From contig JAEKNN010000005.1 in assembly GCA_016464795.1 (NCBI GenBank), positions 65,483 to 129,482 of the forward strand: DNA of 64,000 nucleotides. The letters run 5' to 3'. Below, piece after piece: positions 35,662 to 43,653 of this stretch. Origin of the DNA: Candidatus Amunia macphersoniae. GTDB taxonomy: Bacteria > Chloroflexota > Dormibacteria > Aeolococcales > Aeolococcaceae. A program made the translations under genes and the position numbers. A model generated the notes under the pieces. That model saw only the letters and a list, made by a program, of their open reading frames with translations, had not been told where the DNA came from and made no database searches. The stretch's first letter is position 1. Each line of letters begins with the position of its first letter.

Positions 35662-36545
35662 CCGCTCAGCCCTGCGAGAACGCCGTCCGAAGCTGCCTGC
35701 CCAACCCTGCCTCCCACCTGGTCGCGAACGTGGGCGAGCGTGTACTCGACGATGCGCCCCGCGATGTCGACACCGGTCACCGCCTCGGAGTTGCGGAACT
35801 CCATGGAGTGGTTGACCTCGCTGACCAGCAGGCGCTTGCCATCCTCGAGCAGGTCGACGGCGAGCAGCCCTCCTCCCACCGCGCCGGCGGCGCGCAGTGC
35901 AACATCGGCGATAGCTGCGCTGACGGGGCGGTTGCGGGTGCTCGCGCCCCTGGCGGTGTTGGTGATCCAGTGCTCGGAGAGCCTGTCGACAGCGCAGATC
36001 ACCTCGCCGCCGGCAACGAACGCACGGATGTCGCGGCCCGGCTTGGCGACGTGTTCCTGCACGTAGTACACGTGATGTGCCGGCGAACCGAGGGTTGCCT
36101 TGTGGTCGAGCAGCGCCTCGGCGGCGTCGCGGTCGTTGACCCGCGCCAGGAGACGCCCCCACGACCCCACCGGTGGCTTGATTACCGCCGGATAGCCGAC
36201 GGTCTCGACGGCCTTCAGCCCACCCTCGACCGAGAAGGCCACCACTGTTCGCGGCACCGGAACCCCGGCGGCGGCGAGCAGCGCGGTGGTCACCACCTTG
36301 TCTGCACAGTTGGCGACCGCGCGGTGCTGGTTCACGGTGATGACGCCGCGACTCTCCAGCAGCTGGAGGACCGCCAGGGCATGGGACTGTTGCAGGCAAC
36401 GGTCCAGGACCACGTCCCATCGCGGCGTGTCCGCGTGCGTGTCCACCAGCAGATGGCGCACGTCGACCACCTCGACGGCCACCCCACGTGCCGAGAACGC
36501 CGCCAGGATCAGCTTCTCCTCGACACGCACGCGTGACACCAGCAT
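35658..36545 (-). CDS. lysX: RimK-type ATP-grasp ligase, alpha-aminoadipate--LysW ligase
   Basis: ATP-grasp blocks (GYPAVIKPPVGSWGRLLARV, LAVDLLEDGKRLLVSEVNHSMEF). ATG at 36545 (MLVSRVRVEEK). Located immediately downstream of lysW. Confidence 0.85.
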   Translation of the reverse strand: MLVSRVRVEEKLILAAFSARGVAVEVVDVRHLLVDTHADTPRWDVVLDRCLQQSHALAVLQLLESRGVITVNQHRAVANCADKVVTTALLAAAGVPVPRTVVAFSVEGGLKAVETVGYPAVIKPPVGSWGRLLARVNDRDAAEALLDHKATLGSPAHHVYYVQEHVAKPGRDIRAFVAGGEVICAVDRLSEHWITNTARGASTRNRPVSAAIADVALRAAGAVGGGLLAVDLLEDGKRLLVSEVNHSMEFRNSEAVTGVDIAGRIVEYTLAHVRDQVGGRVGQAASDGVLAGLSG

Positions 36546-36633
36546 GGCGACGCGCGGGTCACTCACCCCAGTCCTCCTCACGCACGCGTGACACCAGCAT
36601 GGCGACGCGCGGGTCACTCACCCCAGTCCTCCT
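36524..36633. repeat. Perfect 55-bp direct tandem duplication (2 copies) spanning the lysW 3' end / lysX 5' end junction
   Basis: The 55-nt unit CACGCACGCGTGACACCAGCATGGCGACGCGCGGGTCACTCACCCCAGTCCTCCT occupies 36524-36578 and repeats exactly at 36579-36633. Confidence 0.85.
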
Positions 36634-36781
36634 CCTCGGGCGGGGCGAGCACCAGCACCGGCGGTTGCAGAGCGGTCACCTCCAGGTCGGCTCCACAGTC
36701 GGGGCAGGGGACAACCTCACCCACCACCGTCCGCTCGTCGAGCGGAACGGCGGCGTCGCACTCCGGGCAGGGCATTGTCAT
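36614..36781 (-). CDS. lysW: LysW amino-group carrier protein (zinc-ribbon, C-terminal EDWGE tail)
   Basis: MTMPCPECDAAVPLDERTVVGEVVPCPDCGADLEVTALQPPVLVLAPPEEEDWGE. Features are the CxxC...CxxC ribbon and the hallmark C-terminal EDWGE. Confidence 0.9.
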   Translation of the reverse strand: MTMPCPECDAAVPLDERTVVGEVVPCPDCGADLEVTALQPPVLVLAPPEEEDWGE

Positions 36782-37278
36782 GCCCGGCTCTCCTCGAGGG
36801 CCGCCCACCCGGAGTCGTGAATCAGCTCGACCAGCCCGCCCGCGTCGGCGATACGCACCGCCAGCTGGGACGGGGCCTCGCCGTCGAAGCGGCGTCCGCC
36901 GCTGATCACAGTGCCGGTGCGAAGGTCGACCTCCACGCTGTCGCCATCGACGATGGCGGCCGCAGCTGCCGGGCAGCGAATCACCGGCAGGCCAATGTTG
37001 ACGGCGTTGCGCGCGAAGATGCGCGCGAAGCTGGCAGCAACCACTGCCACCACACCTGTCTCGCGGATCGACACCGGGGCGTGCTCACGCGAGGAGCCGC
37101 AACCGAAGTTGCGGCCCGCGATGATGACGTCGCCAGGTTGCACGCCGGCGGCGAAGTCCGGCCGCGCCTCGCAGAGGCAGGCGTGCGCCAGCGTCTTGGG
37201 GTCGGTGGTGAGGTTGAACCGGCCGGGCATGACCGCGTCGGTGGAGACGCCATCGCCAAGCACCCATGCACGTCCCAT
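36778..37278 (-). CDS. hacB: Homoaconitase / 3-isopropylmalate dehydratase small subunit (LeuD-like)
   Basis: MGRAWVLGDGVSTDAVMPGRF...IIAGRNFGCGSSREHAP is the LeuD fold signature. The true gene is about 166 aa, and the longer tool ORF is an upstream extension. It overlaps the lysW start. Confidence 0.85.
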   Translation of the reverse strand: MGRAWVLGDGVSTDAVMPGRFNLTTDPKTLAHACLCEARPDFAAGVQPGDVIIAGRNFGCGSSREHAPVSIRETGVVAVVAASFARIFARNAVNIGLPVIRCPAAAAAIVDGDSVEVDLRTGTVISGGRRFDGEAPSQLAVRIADAGGLVELIHDSGWAALEESRA

Positions 37279-38513
37279 CAGCGAGCACTCCGTGGATCGG
37301 TGATGCAGCCCGCGACAGCTGTGGCGGCCGCCACAGCGGGGCTGGTCAGGTAGATCTCCGCGTGTGGGCTGCCCATGCGCCCGGGGTAGTTGCGATTGCT
37401 GGTGGAGACGACACGTTCGCCGGCGGCGACCACGCCGTGTTGCCGGCCGAGACACGGTCCGCAGCCCGGATTCATCACCAGCGCACCCGCCTCGACGATG
37501 GTCTCGATCCAACCCCGGCGCAGTGCCTCTGTGTAGATGCGCCGCGACGCCGGCACCACCACCGTGCGGGTGTTCGGATGCACGGTGTGCCCCGACAGAT
37601 ACCGCGCGATCACCTCCATGTCCTCGAGACGGCCGTTGGTGCAGCTGCCGATGTAGACCTCGTCGATCGGTGTGCCCGCGACGTCGGCGATGTCGTGAAC
37701 GTTGTCGGCGGCCGGGGGCATGGCGATCTGCGGTTGCAGGTGAGTGACATCGACGTGCAGCGTGTCCGCGTAGCGCGGTGAGCGCGGCTGCGGGATGGGC
37801 ACGCCGTCGATCGGCGTGGTCCCCTCCAGGGTGGTCTCGTCGACCTCGCACAGCCCCGTCTTGCCGCCCATGTCTGCGGCCATGTTGGCGAGGGTGAGGC
37901 GCTGGTCGAGGGTCATCCGTGCCACGGTCTCGCCACCCCATTCGACGGCCATGTAGTCGGCACCGTCGCCGCCGATGCTCCCGAGCACGTGCAGGGCCAC
38001 GTCCTTGGCGGTCAGCGGCGCCCGCAGCTCTCCGGTGACCTCGACGCGCAGTGTCTGCGGAACCCTGAACCAGGTGCGCCCGGTGGCCAGGATCACCCCC
38101 ACGTCGGTGCTGCCCATGCCTGTCGAGAAGCAGCCCAGGCCGCCGTAGGTGGTGCTGTGCGAGTCGGCGCCGACGACGATCCCGCCCGGCCGTGCGTAGC
38201 CGCGCTCGACCATGATGATGTGGCAGATCCCCTCCGCGAAGAGGTTGCGGACCTGATGATCTGCGGCGAACCTGCGGATGCGCTGGTGCAGCTCGGCCGC
38301 GGCCACGGTTGCCGCCGGCATGACGTGGTCGAAGACCAGCACCACCCGCTGCGGGTCGTGCAGTGGCATCTCCATGCGTTCGAATGCCTCGATTGCCAGC
38401 GGGGCGGTGACGTCGTGGGCGAAGGCGCAATCGACAGGCGCGACCACTGTGTCGCCCGCGCTCACTGAACGCCCGAGCCGGTTGCCGATGATCTCCTCGA
38501 CGAGGGTTCCCAT
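37278..38513 (-). CDS. hacA: Homoaconitase / 3-isopropylmalate dehydratase large subunit (aconitase family, LeuC-like)
   Basis: Aconitase-family Cys ligands (GADSHSTTYGGLG, IGSCTNGRLED, NPGCGPCLG). The start is inferred at MGTLVEEIIG. Confidence 0.85.
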   Translation of the reverse strand: MGTLVEEIIGNRLGRSVSAGDTVVAPVDCAFAHDVTAPLAIEAFERMEMPLHDPQRVVLVFDHVMPAATVAAAELHQRIRRFAADHQVRNLFAEGICHIIMVERGYARPGGIVVGADSHSTTYGGLGCFSTGMGSTDVGVILATGRTWFRVPQTLRVEVTGELRAPLTAKDVALHVLGSIGGDGADYMAVEWGGETVARMTLDQRLTLANMAADMGGKTGLCEVDETTLEGTTPIDGVPIPQPRSPRYADTLHVDVTHLQPQIAMPPAADNVHDIADVAGTPIDEVYIGSCTNGRLEDMEVIARYLSGHTVHPNTRTVVVPASRRIYTEALRRGWIETIVEAGALVMNPGCGPCLGRQHGVVAAGERVVSTSNRNYPGRMGSPHAEIYLTSPAVAAATAVAGCITDPRSAR

Positions 38514-38517
38514 CTCC

Positions 38518-39645
38518 TCAGGCCCCCGCCGACGCGCGCAGCAGCGCGTCGACCTCGTCGTCGCGCAGGAGCCGTTCGCCCGCATGGCGCTTGACCTCGG
38601 CGGTGACGCGGCGCAGCCAGGTGTCGTCACCGGCAATTCCCAGCGCGGCCGCCCGCTGGCGCACCGCGTGGCGCCCCACCAGTTGATGGTTGACGAGCAG
38701 GCGGCGCTCGATGCCGAAGCGCTCTGGGGCAAAGGGCTCGTAGCTGCGCGGGTCTCCGAGCACCGCCTTGGTGTGCATCCCGGCCTTGTGGTGGAACGCG
38801 TAGGGGGAGGTGATCGGAGCGGTGAGCGGGATGTCGACGTCGAGGATCCCCGCGACCATGGCATCGAGCGCAGCCAGCCGTTCCAGTGCGTAGTGGTCAA
38901 CCAGCTCGGGCTGCACGGTGTGCAGCCGGGCGATCAACCCGGAGAGCGGGACGATGCCATTGCGCTCACCGATGCCCAGGACCGTGGTGTCGATGTGCGT
39001 GGCACCCGCCTGCAGCGCGGCCAGCGCGTTGGCCACCGCACAGCCGTTGTCGTTGTGGGCATGGAACTCGATGTCGCAGTCGACAGCATCGCGGAGCTGG
39101 GTGATCAGGGCGGTGACCTGCGCGGGTGTGGCGATGCCGACAGTGTCGGCGAGGCCGACGCGATCGACCCCGAGCGCGGCAACGGCGGCGAGGATGCGGA
39201 GCAGGTCGGCCGGCTCGGTGCGGAAGGAGTCCTCGCAGCTGAAACGCACCTCGAGCCCGGCGGCGCGGACCAAGGCGATGCAGTCGGCCGCAGCCACCAC
39301 GATGTCGTCGAGCTCCAACCCGTGGGAGTTAGACCGCAACCAGGACGAGGTGCCGAAGAGCAGGTCGACACCGCCCACACCGCAGTCGATGGCGAGGAGC
39401 ACGTCGTCGACAACGCAGCGTGTGTGCGTGAGCACTATGGCGCGCAGCGGCAGGGCTGCGATCTCGCGGCAGGACCTTTGCGCGGTGGGTGACGCCACCG
39501 GCGTGGTCAGCTCGATGTGCTCGACCCCGAAGTCGTCGACCGCGTGGGCGATCTGCCGGCGTTGGGCGAGGGTGAAGTGGGCGCCGGCGAACTGTTCACC
39601 CTCACGGAGGGTGGACTCGATGATGGAGAGGCGGCGGATTGGCAT
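38518..39645 (-). CDS. hcs: Homocitrate synthase (short LeuA/NifV-family enzyme without the LeuA regulatory domain)
   Basis: IIESTLREGEQ N-terminal motif of the DRE-TIM metallolyase family, plus HAHNDNG and ERNGI motifs. It is 375 aa and heads the lysW operon. Confidence 0.8.
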   Translation of the reverse strand: MPIRRLSIIESTLREGEQFAGAHFTLAQRRQIAHAVDDFGVEHIELTTPVASPTAQRSCREIAALPLRAIVLTHTRCVVDDVLLAIDCGVGGVDLLFGTSSWLRSNSHGLELDDIVVAAADCIALVRAAGLEVRFSCEDSFRTEPADLLRILAAVAALGVDRVGLADTVGIATPAQVTALITQLRDAVDCDIEFHAHNDNGCAVANALAALQAGATHIDTTVLGIGERNGIVPLSGLIARLHTVQPELVDHYALERLAALDAMVAGILDVDIPLTAPITSPYAFHHKAGMHTKAVLGDPRSYEPFAPERFGIERRLLVNHQLVGRHAVRQRAAALGIAGDDTWLRRVTAEVKRHAGERLLRDDEVDALLRASAGA

Positions 39646-39686
39646 GTGGATGAGTCCGATCTGTGGTGATGACGATGCAGTGGGAG

Positions 39687-39714
39687 AAACAAAAAAGAAC
39701 CCCCGCGGGGGTTC
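39687..39714 (-). terminator. Rho-independent terminator-like hairpin (GAACCCCCG-CGGGGGTTC followed by a U-tract on the minus strand)
   Basis: Perfect 9-bp GC-rich inverted repeat at 39697-39714 with an A6 run at 39691-39696 on the plus strand (U6 on the minus strand). It lies about 150 nt downstream of the cupredoxin-like gene and about 45 nt upstream of the hcs start. Confidence 0.6.
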
Positions 39715-39874
39715 TCTTCAGTGCTTTGGTCGCTTGCTGAGCTGTCGGTCAGCGTGCGGAGTCGCAGGGCACGTCAGGTTTCCCGGCGGGGAACGACGGT
39801 GCCATCGATTTGCGAATCAGGTGCGACATCTGCATGACGATGGCGCCAAGGGTACGGGACGATGGCGCTCTTCG

Positions 39875-40666
39875 TCAAACCACTGGCGGTCGCGATCTCA
39901 GCTGGCGGTATGCCAGAGCGCCAACCCCACTCAGTGCCATGAGCACCAGCGCGATCACCAGCAGCGATGACGCGCCGCCACCCTTGTCGATGGCGCCGAC
40001 GACTCCAGAGGGGGAGGGGGAGGAGGACGCCAGGGAGCTCGGGGTGACCAGGGCGACCGGCCCGGTGTCCGAGGGGGAGGGCGTGTCGCTGGGCGTGGGG
40101 GCCGGCGTCGGCGTGGGCGACGGTGGCGCGGTCGGCGGCGGCCCATTGCCTGGTGGGAGGGAGAACACCAAGGGAGTGGATGCTGGCGACGGTGTGGCCG
40201 CCGTGACGGAGACGTCTCCATGCAGGGCGGCGTAGCCGTCAGGGACCGAGTAGTAGACGTACGTGCCGGGGCTTGTGAAGGTGAAGGTGTATGACCGGCT
40301 CGGCGGGATGTCGGCCGTCGAACCGAAGCCGGTGTCGCCGCCTGTTCCACCGTCCTGCCCGGCGCATGGTTGGGGCGTGGGTTTGGCCTGCGCCTTGGTG
40401 GGGCATCGCGTGACCGTGTGCACCGCTCCCGTGTCGTTGGTCCAGGTCACGGTCGTCCCTGACGCGACCGTCAGTGAAGGCGGCTGGTAGCAATAGCTGC
40501 CCAGCGATTTGACGTCACCGGCGCAGGTCGTGCTGGGCCCGGCGACGGCGATCTTCACGCTCGCCGATTCGGCGGCCAGCGACGAACGCGGGCTCAGCAG
40601 CACGGCAGCGGCGACGATCAGCGAAGCCAGAGCCGCAAGCCCTGCCGCTCGGCGACGATGCGTCAT
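39875..40666 (-). CDS. Secreted cupredoxin-like domain protein with a Pro/Ser/Thr-rich linker and a C-terminal membrane anchor
   Basis: Signal peptide. GTTVTWTNDTGAVHTVT beta-sandwich motif, but no evident Cys/His/Met copper ligand set. PTPAPTPSDTPSPS linker. C-terminal GGGASSLLVIALVLMALSGVGALAYRQLRSR. Confidence 0.5.
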   Translation of the reverse strand: MTHRRRAAGLAALASLIVAAAVLLSPRSSLAAESASVKIAVAGPSTTCAGDVKSLGSYCYQPPSLTVASGTTVTWTNDTGAVHTVTRCPTKAQAKPTPQPCAGQDGGTGGDTGFGSTADIPPSRSYTFTFTSPGTYVYYSVPDGYAALHGDVSVTAATPSPASTPLVFSLPPGNGPPPTAPPSPTPTPAPTPSDTPSPSDTGPVALVTPSSLASSSPSPSGVVGAIDKGGGASSLLVIALVLMALSGVGALAYRQLRSRPPVV

Positions 40667-40675
40667 CAGCCGCCT

Positions 40676-40963
40676 TCAGGCCGCCTCGACCGTGACGCCC
40701 TTCCAGAAGGCGACGTGGTCGGCGATCTCCTTGGCTGCGTCCTTCGGTTCTGGGTAATACCAGGCCGCGTCGGTGTTGACGTCGTCACCGATCACGATGT
40801 CGTAATAGCTGGCCTCGCCCTTCCATGGGCAGGTGCTGTGCGTGGAGCTGGGCAGCAGCAGCTCGGTCTTCACCGCTGCCGGCGGAAAATAGTGGTTGCC
40901 TTCGACGACGACTGTGTCGTCGCCCTCGGCGATGACCGTGCCGTTCCATGTTGCGCGTGGCAT
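40676..40963 (-). CDS. DUF427 domain protein
   Basis: VVVEGNHYFPP and AWYYPEPK motifs are characteristic of DUF427. 95 aa. Confidence 0.7.
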   Translation of the reverse strand: MPRATWNGTVIAEGDDTVVVEGNHYFPPAAVKTELLLPSSTHSTCPWKGEASYYDIVIGDDVNTDAAWYYPEPKDAAKEIADHVAFWKGVTVEAA

Positions 40964-41132
40964 TGAGCGTCTCCTGTCGCGTGACGGGCTGGTTCCGTTG
41001 TCGGTTGTTGCCCGGCGGCCTGGCCGGTGGCCTGGTGGTCTCGCGGCTCGGTTGACGTCCCGGCCGAGGGGTCATCTTGCACTGCAGGCCATCAGGACGG
41101 CAGGGCCGCCTCACCGCGCTGGCCAACCCGGC

Positions 41133-41861
41133 TCACGACGGCAGCGCCGCCATCACCGCGCTGGTCACCGCGTTGGTCCCGGCAGTCCCGCCGAGGTCGG
41201 GCGTCAACACGCCCGCGGCGATCACCGAGTCGACAGCGGCCCGAACCTCGGCTGCCGCCCGTGGCTGGTCGAGCGAGTGCTCCAGCAAAAGACCTGCGCT
41301 GAGAATCGCGCCGATTGGATTGGCGATGCCACGGCCGGCAATGTCCGGGGCGCTTCCGTGAACCGGCTCGTACAGGGCTGGTCGCGAAGCGCCACCCCCT
41401 GCGTCGGCGGGCAGGCTCGCCGACGGGAGCAGACCGATGGAGCCGGACAGGGCGGCGGCCTCGTCGCTGAGGATGTCGCCGAACAGGTTCGCGGCGAGCA
41501 CGACGTCGAGTTCGAGCGGTCGTTGCACCAGGCGCAGGGCGAAGCTGTCCACGAGGGCGTGCTCGAGGGCCACCTTCGGATGATGGTCTGCGACCTCGGT
41601 GACCACCTCTCGCCAGAAGCGACTGCTGGTGGCGCCGAAGAGGATGGCGCGCGCCTGCTTGCACGAGGCGACGGTCTGCTCGGAGATCGGTGCGCCCTCT
41701 GCCCGGATGGCCGCGCCACCGATGTGGCGGTGCTCGACGCGCAGCGGGATGTCGCGCGCTGCGCAGACGGCCAGCAACACCCGTTCGGCGGCATCGACGA
41801 CCTCGGGGCCGACACCGTCGCCGGGCAGGATCACGATGGCGGCGGGCGGCGCGGCGGTCAT
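41133..41861 (-). pseudogene. Isocitrate/isopropylmalate/homoisocitrate dehydrogenase-family gene with a large in-frame internal deletion (probably inactive)
   Basis: N-terminal [13 protein letters not shown] and ILFGA blocks, and C-terminal [26 protein letters not shown] and [20 protein letters not shown] blocks, are intact. Aligned to E. coli LeuB, about 120-150 central residues are absent. Those residues include the substrate-binding Arg residues, the catalytic Lys/Tyr and the first metal Asp. The ORF is 242 aa versus a typical ~340-360. Confidence 0.6.
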
Positions 41862-42029
41862 TGGCGTGGCCAGTGTCGCGGGTGCGAGGCGCTCCGCGGA
41901 GCCGGGCGCGGCGGTTGATCGGGTGGCGGCGAGGCAGTTCGGCTCAGTCCGGGAACGAGACAGTTCAAGGCGGCCGGCGACGAGACAGTCGGCCCGGGCA
42001 GCGGGTCCCGCAATTCAGCCCAGGCGGGC

Positions 42030-43271
42030 TCAGGATCCTTCTGGGTGCGGCTCCGTGATCCTGGCGACGAACAGTGGCACCCCTGTGGCCGTGTCCTCGA
42101 CGACGAACAGGAACGGCCTGTCCACTGTCATACGGATGGGCTGCCGGATCAGCGCGGCGCCGGTTTCCACAGAGATGCCGGTGGCCGCGGACGCCTTGGT
42201 ACCGGCTTCGTCCACAGACATCCACGCCTTGTGCACTGCCCAGGCCACGCGCAGGTCGCCCGGTGCTCCAGCGATGCCGGAGAGGTCGGGGAACCGAAAG
42301 AGATCAGCGAGGCCAAGAGCGCCCAGCGATGACCTGAGGTCCGTTGACGTCTCGGCGGCGAACCGCGGCATGGCCAGCTGAACGGCGTGAGATGACAGCT
42401 GCGAGGTGATCCCCGGCAACCTGCCCAGAAGAGTCAGCGGGTCGGCGGCGGTGTCGGCGGACAGAACCACGAGGGCATCGAGACCGCCGGTCGCGTAGGG
42501 GAGGCGCACCGCCTGCGCATCGGCGGTCTGAACGTACTCCATGCTCGTGACAAGGTTCATGGTGGGCACTGACCGAGGCCCAGCCGGCGTGGTGAATGGC
42601 GCGTCCTGGGTGTCTCGCTGCGGGAACGGGGTCACCCACTGCGCGGTGAGCGCGACAGCGTTGGCGAGCACCAGGCGTGTGGTGTCGCTGATCGTTCCAG
42701 GTGCGAAGAGGTTGTCGATGCGGTTGCCGGTGTGGCCCAACACCCACTGGTTGATGGTCTGGCGTGCGCCGTCAGGGTCAGATATGAAGTCGAGCGCTTG
42801 CGGTGCCGCGCCGGCATCGGTCAGCAACTGGCGATAGCCGCTGACGATCTGATAACTCTGCTGCAGCCATGCTGCCGAGGCCATCGCCACGGTGCCGTCA
42901 GCGGTGCCGAGATGCTGTTCGAGGCCGACCAGGTCGGCGATGAGCTGACGTGATGAGCCGGCGGCGTGGAGCGCTCGGGTGAGCTGCGCGGAGGTCTGTC
43001 CCCGCGCGCCCGGCGCGAGGAGGCTGAGGGCGTCGAAGATGCTGGCAGGGGAGACGACCAGGTTGCCGCTGTGTTCTGCTGCGAGCGCTGCGACCAGGTC
43101 CTGTGCGAAGGCTCGCTCGCTGGCGGCGGCGGCCTCGGTGTGCGAGAGCGCGAGGAGCTGCGCAGTGGGCGCGGGCCGTCCGCTACCGAGGACTGTGGTG
43201 GCGGCACTGCCGCTGAGCGCGACCGACAGTGCGGCCGCCAGCCCGGCGGCGACGAGCGGCAGCCTCTTCAT
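42030..43271 (-). CDS. Serpin (serine/cysteine protease inhibitor) with a signal peptide
   Basis: Serpin signature blocks NAVALTAQWVTPF and MTVDRPFLFVVED. Hinge region DEAGTKASAATG. Signal peptide MKRLPLVAAGLAAALSVALSGSAA. Confidence 0.85.
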   Translation of the reverse strand: MKRLPLVAAGLAAALSVALSGSAATTVLGSGRPAPTAQLLALSHTEAAAASERAFAQDLVAALAAEHSGNLVVSPASIFDALSLLAPGARGQTSAQLTRALHAAGSSRQLIADLVGLEQHLGTADGTVAMASAAWLQQSYQIVSGYRQLLTDAGAAPQALDFISDPDGARQTINQWVLGHTGNRIDNLFAPGTISDTTRLVLANAVALTAQWVTPFPQRDTQDAPFTTPAGPRSVPTMNLVTSMEYVQTADAQAVRLPYATGGLDALVVLSADTAADPLTLLGRLPGITSQLSSHAVQLAMPRFAAETSTDLRSSLGALGLADLFRFPDLSGIAGAPGDLRVAWAVHKAWMSVDEAGTKASAATGISVETGAALIRQPIRMTVDRPFLFVVEDTATGVPLFVARITEPHPEGS

Positions 43272-43653
43272 GGGTGTGACCGAGGCTAGCACCGGTCACG
43301 GTGCGGCGCATCACCCCAGTGGGTGACCAGCACGGCTGTTCGCCTCAATCATCGTGCCGGTCGTCTCGCCGCACGTGACGCCGCTTCAGATGGCGGCAAG
43401 GAAGCTGGTGAGACAACGCTGCCAGCGATCTGGCTGTTCCAGGTGCAGGTCGCGGCCGGCGCCGGGTATCTCCACCACCGGCCACGTCGTAAGCCAGCGC
43501 ATCACCTGATCGCGACACGCCGGATCGGGCTCGGGCGTTGCCTCCACCACCACACCGTGCTGTCGCGGTGGAAGTGGTCGATGCACGCCAGCCGCACAGC
43601 CTCGCGCTCAGCGTGACGCCAGAGGTTCGCCTCGGCGCCCTCGGCCGGCGCGG

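Noticed and set aside
39735-39830. 28-codon ORF (MQMSHLIRKSMAPSFPAGKPDVPCDSAR) upstream of the hcs terminator hairpin, considered as a lysine-sensing leader peptide
   Set aside because: It has only two Lys codons and they are not in tandem. Known lys-operon attenuator leaders are Lys-rich.
39875-40666. Cupredoxin-like protein considered as a blue-copper electron carrier
   Set aside because: The His-Cys-His-Met (CxxHxxxxM) type-1 copper ligand pattern is absent, so it is probably a non-copper cupredoxin-fold domain.
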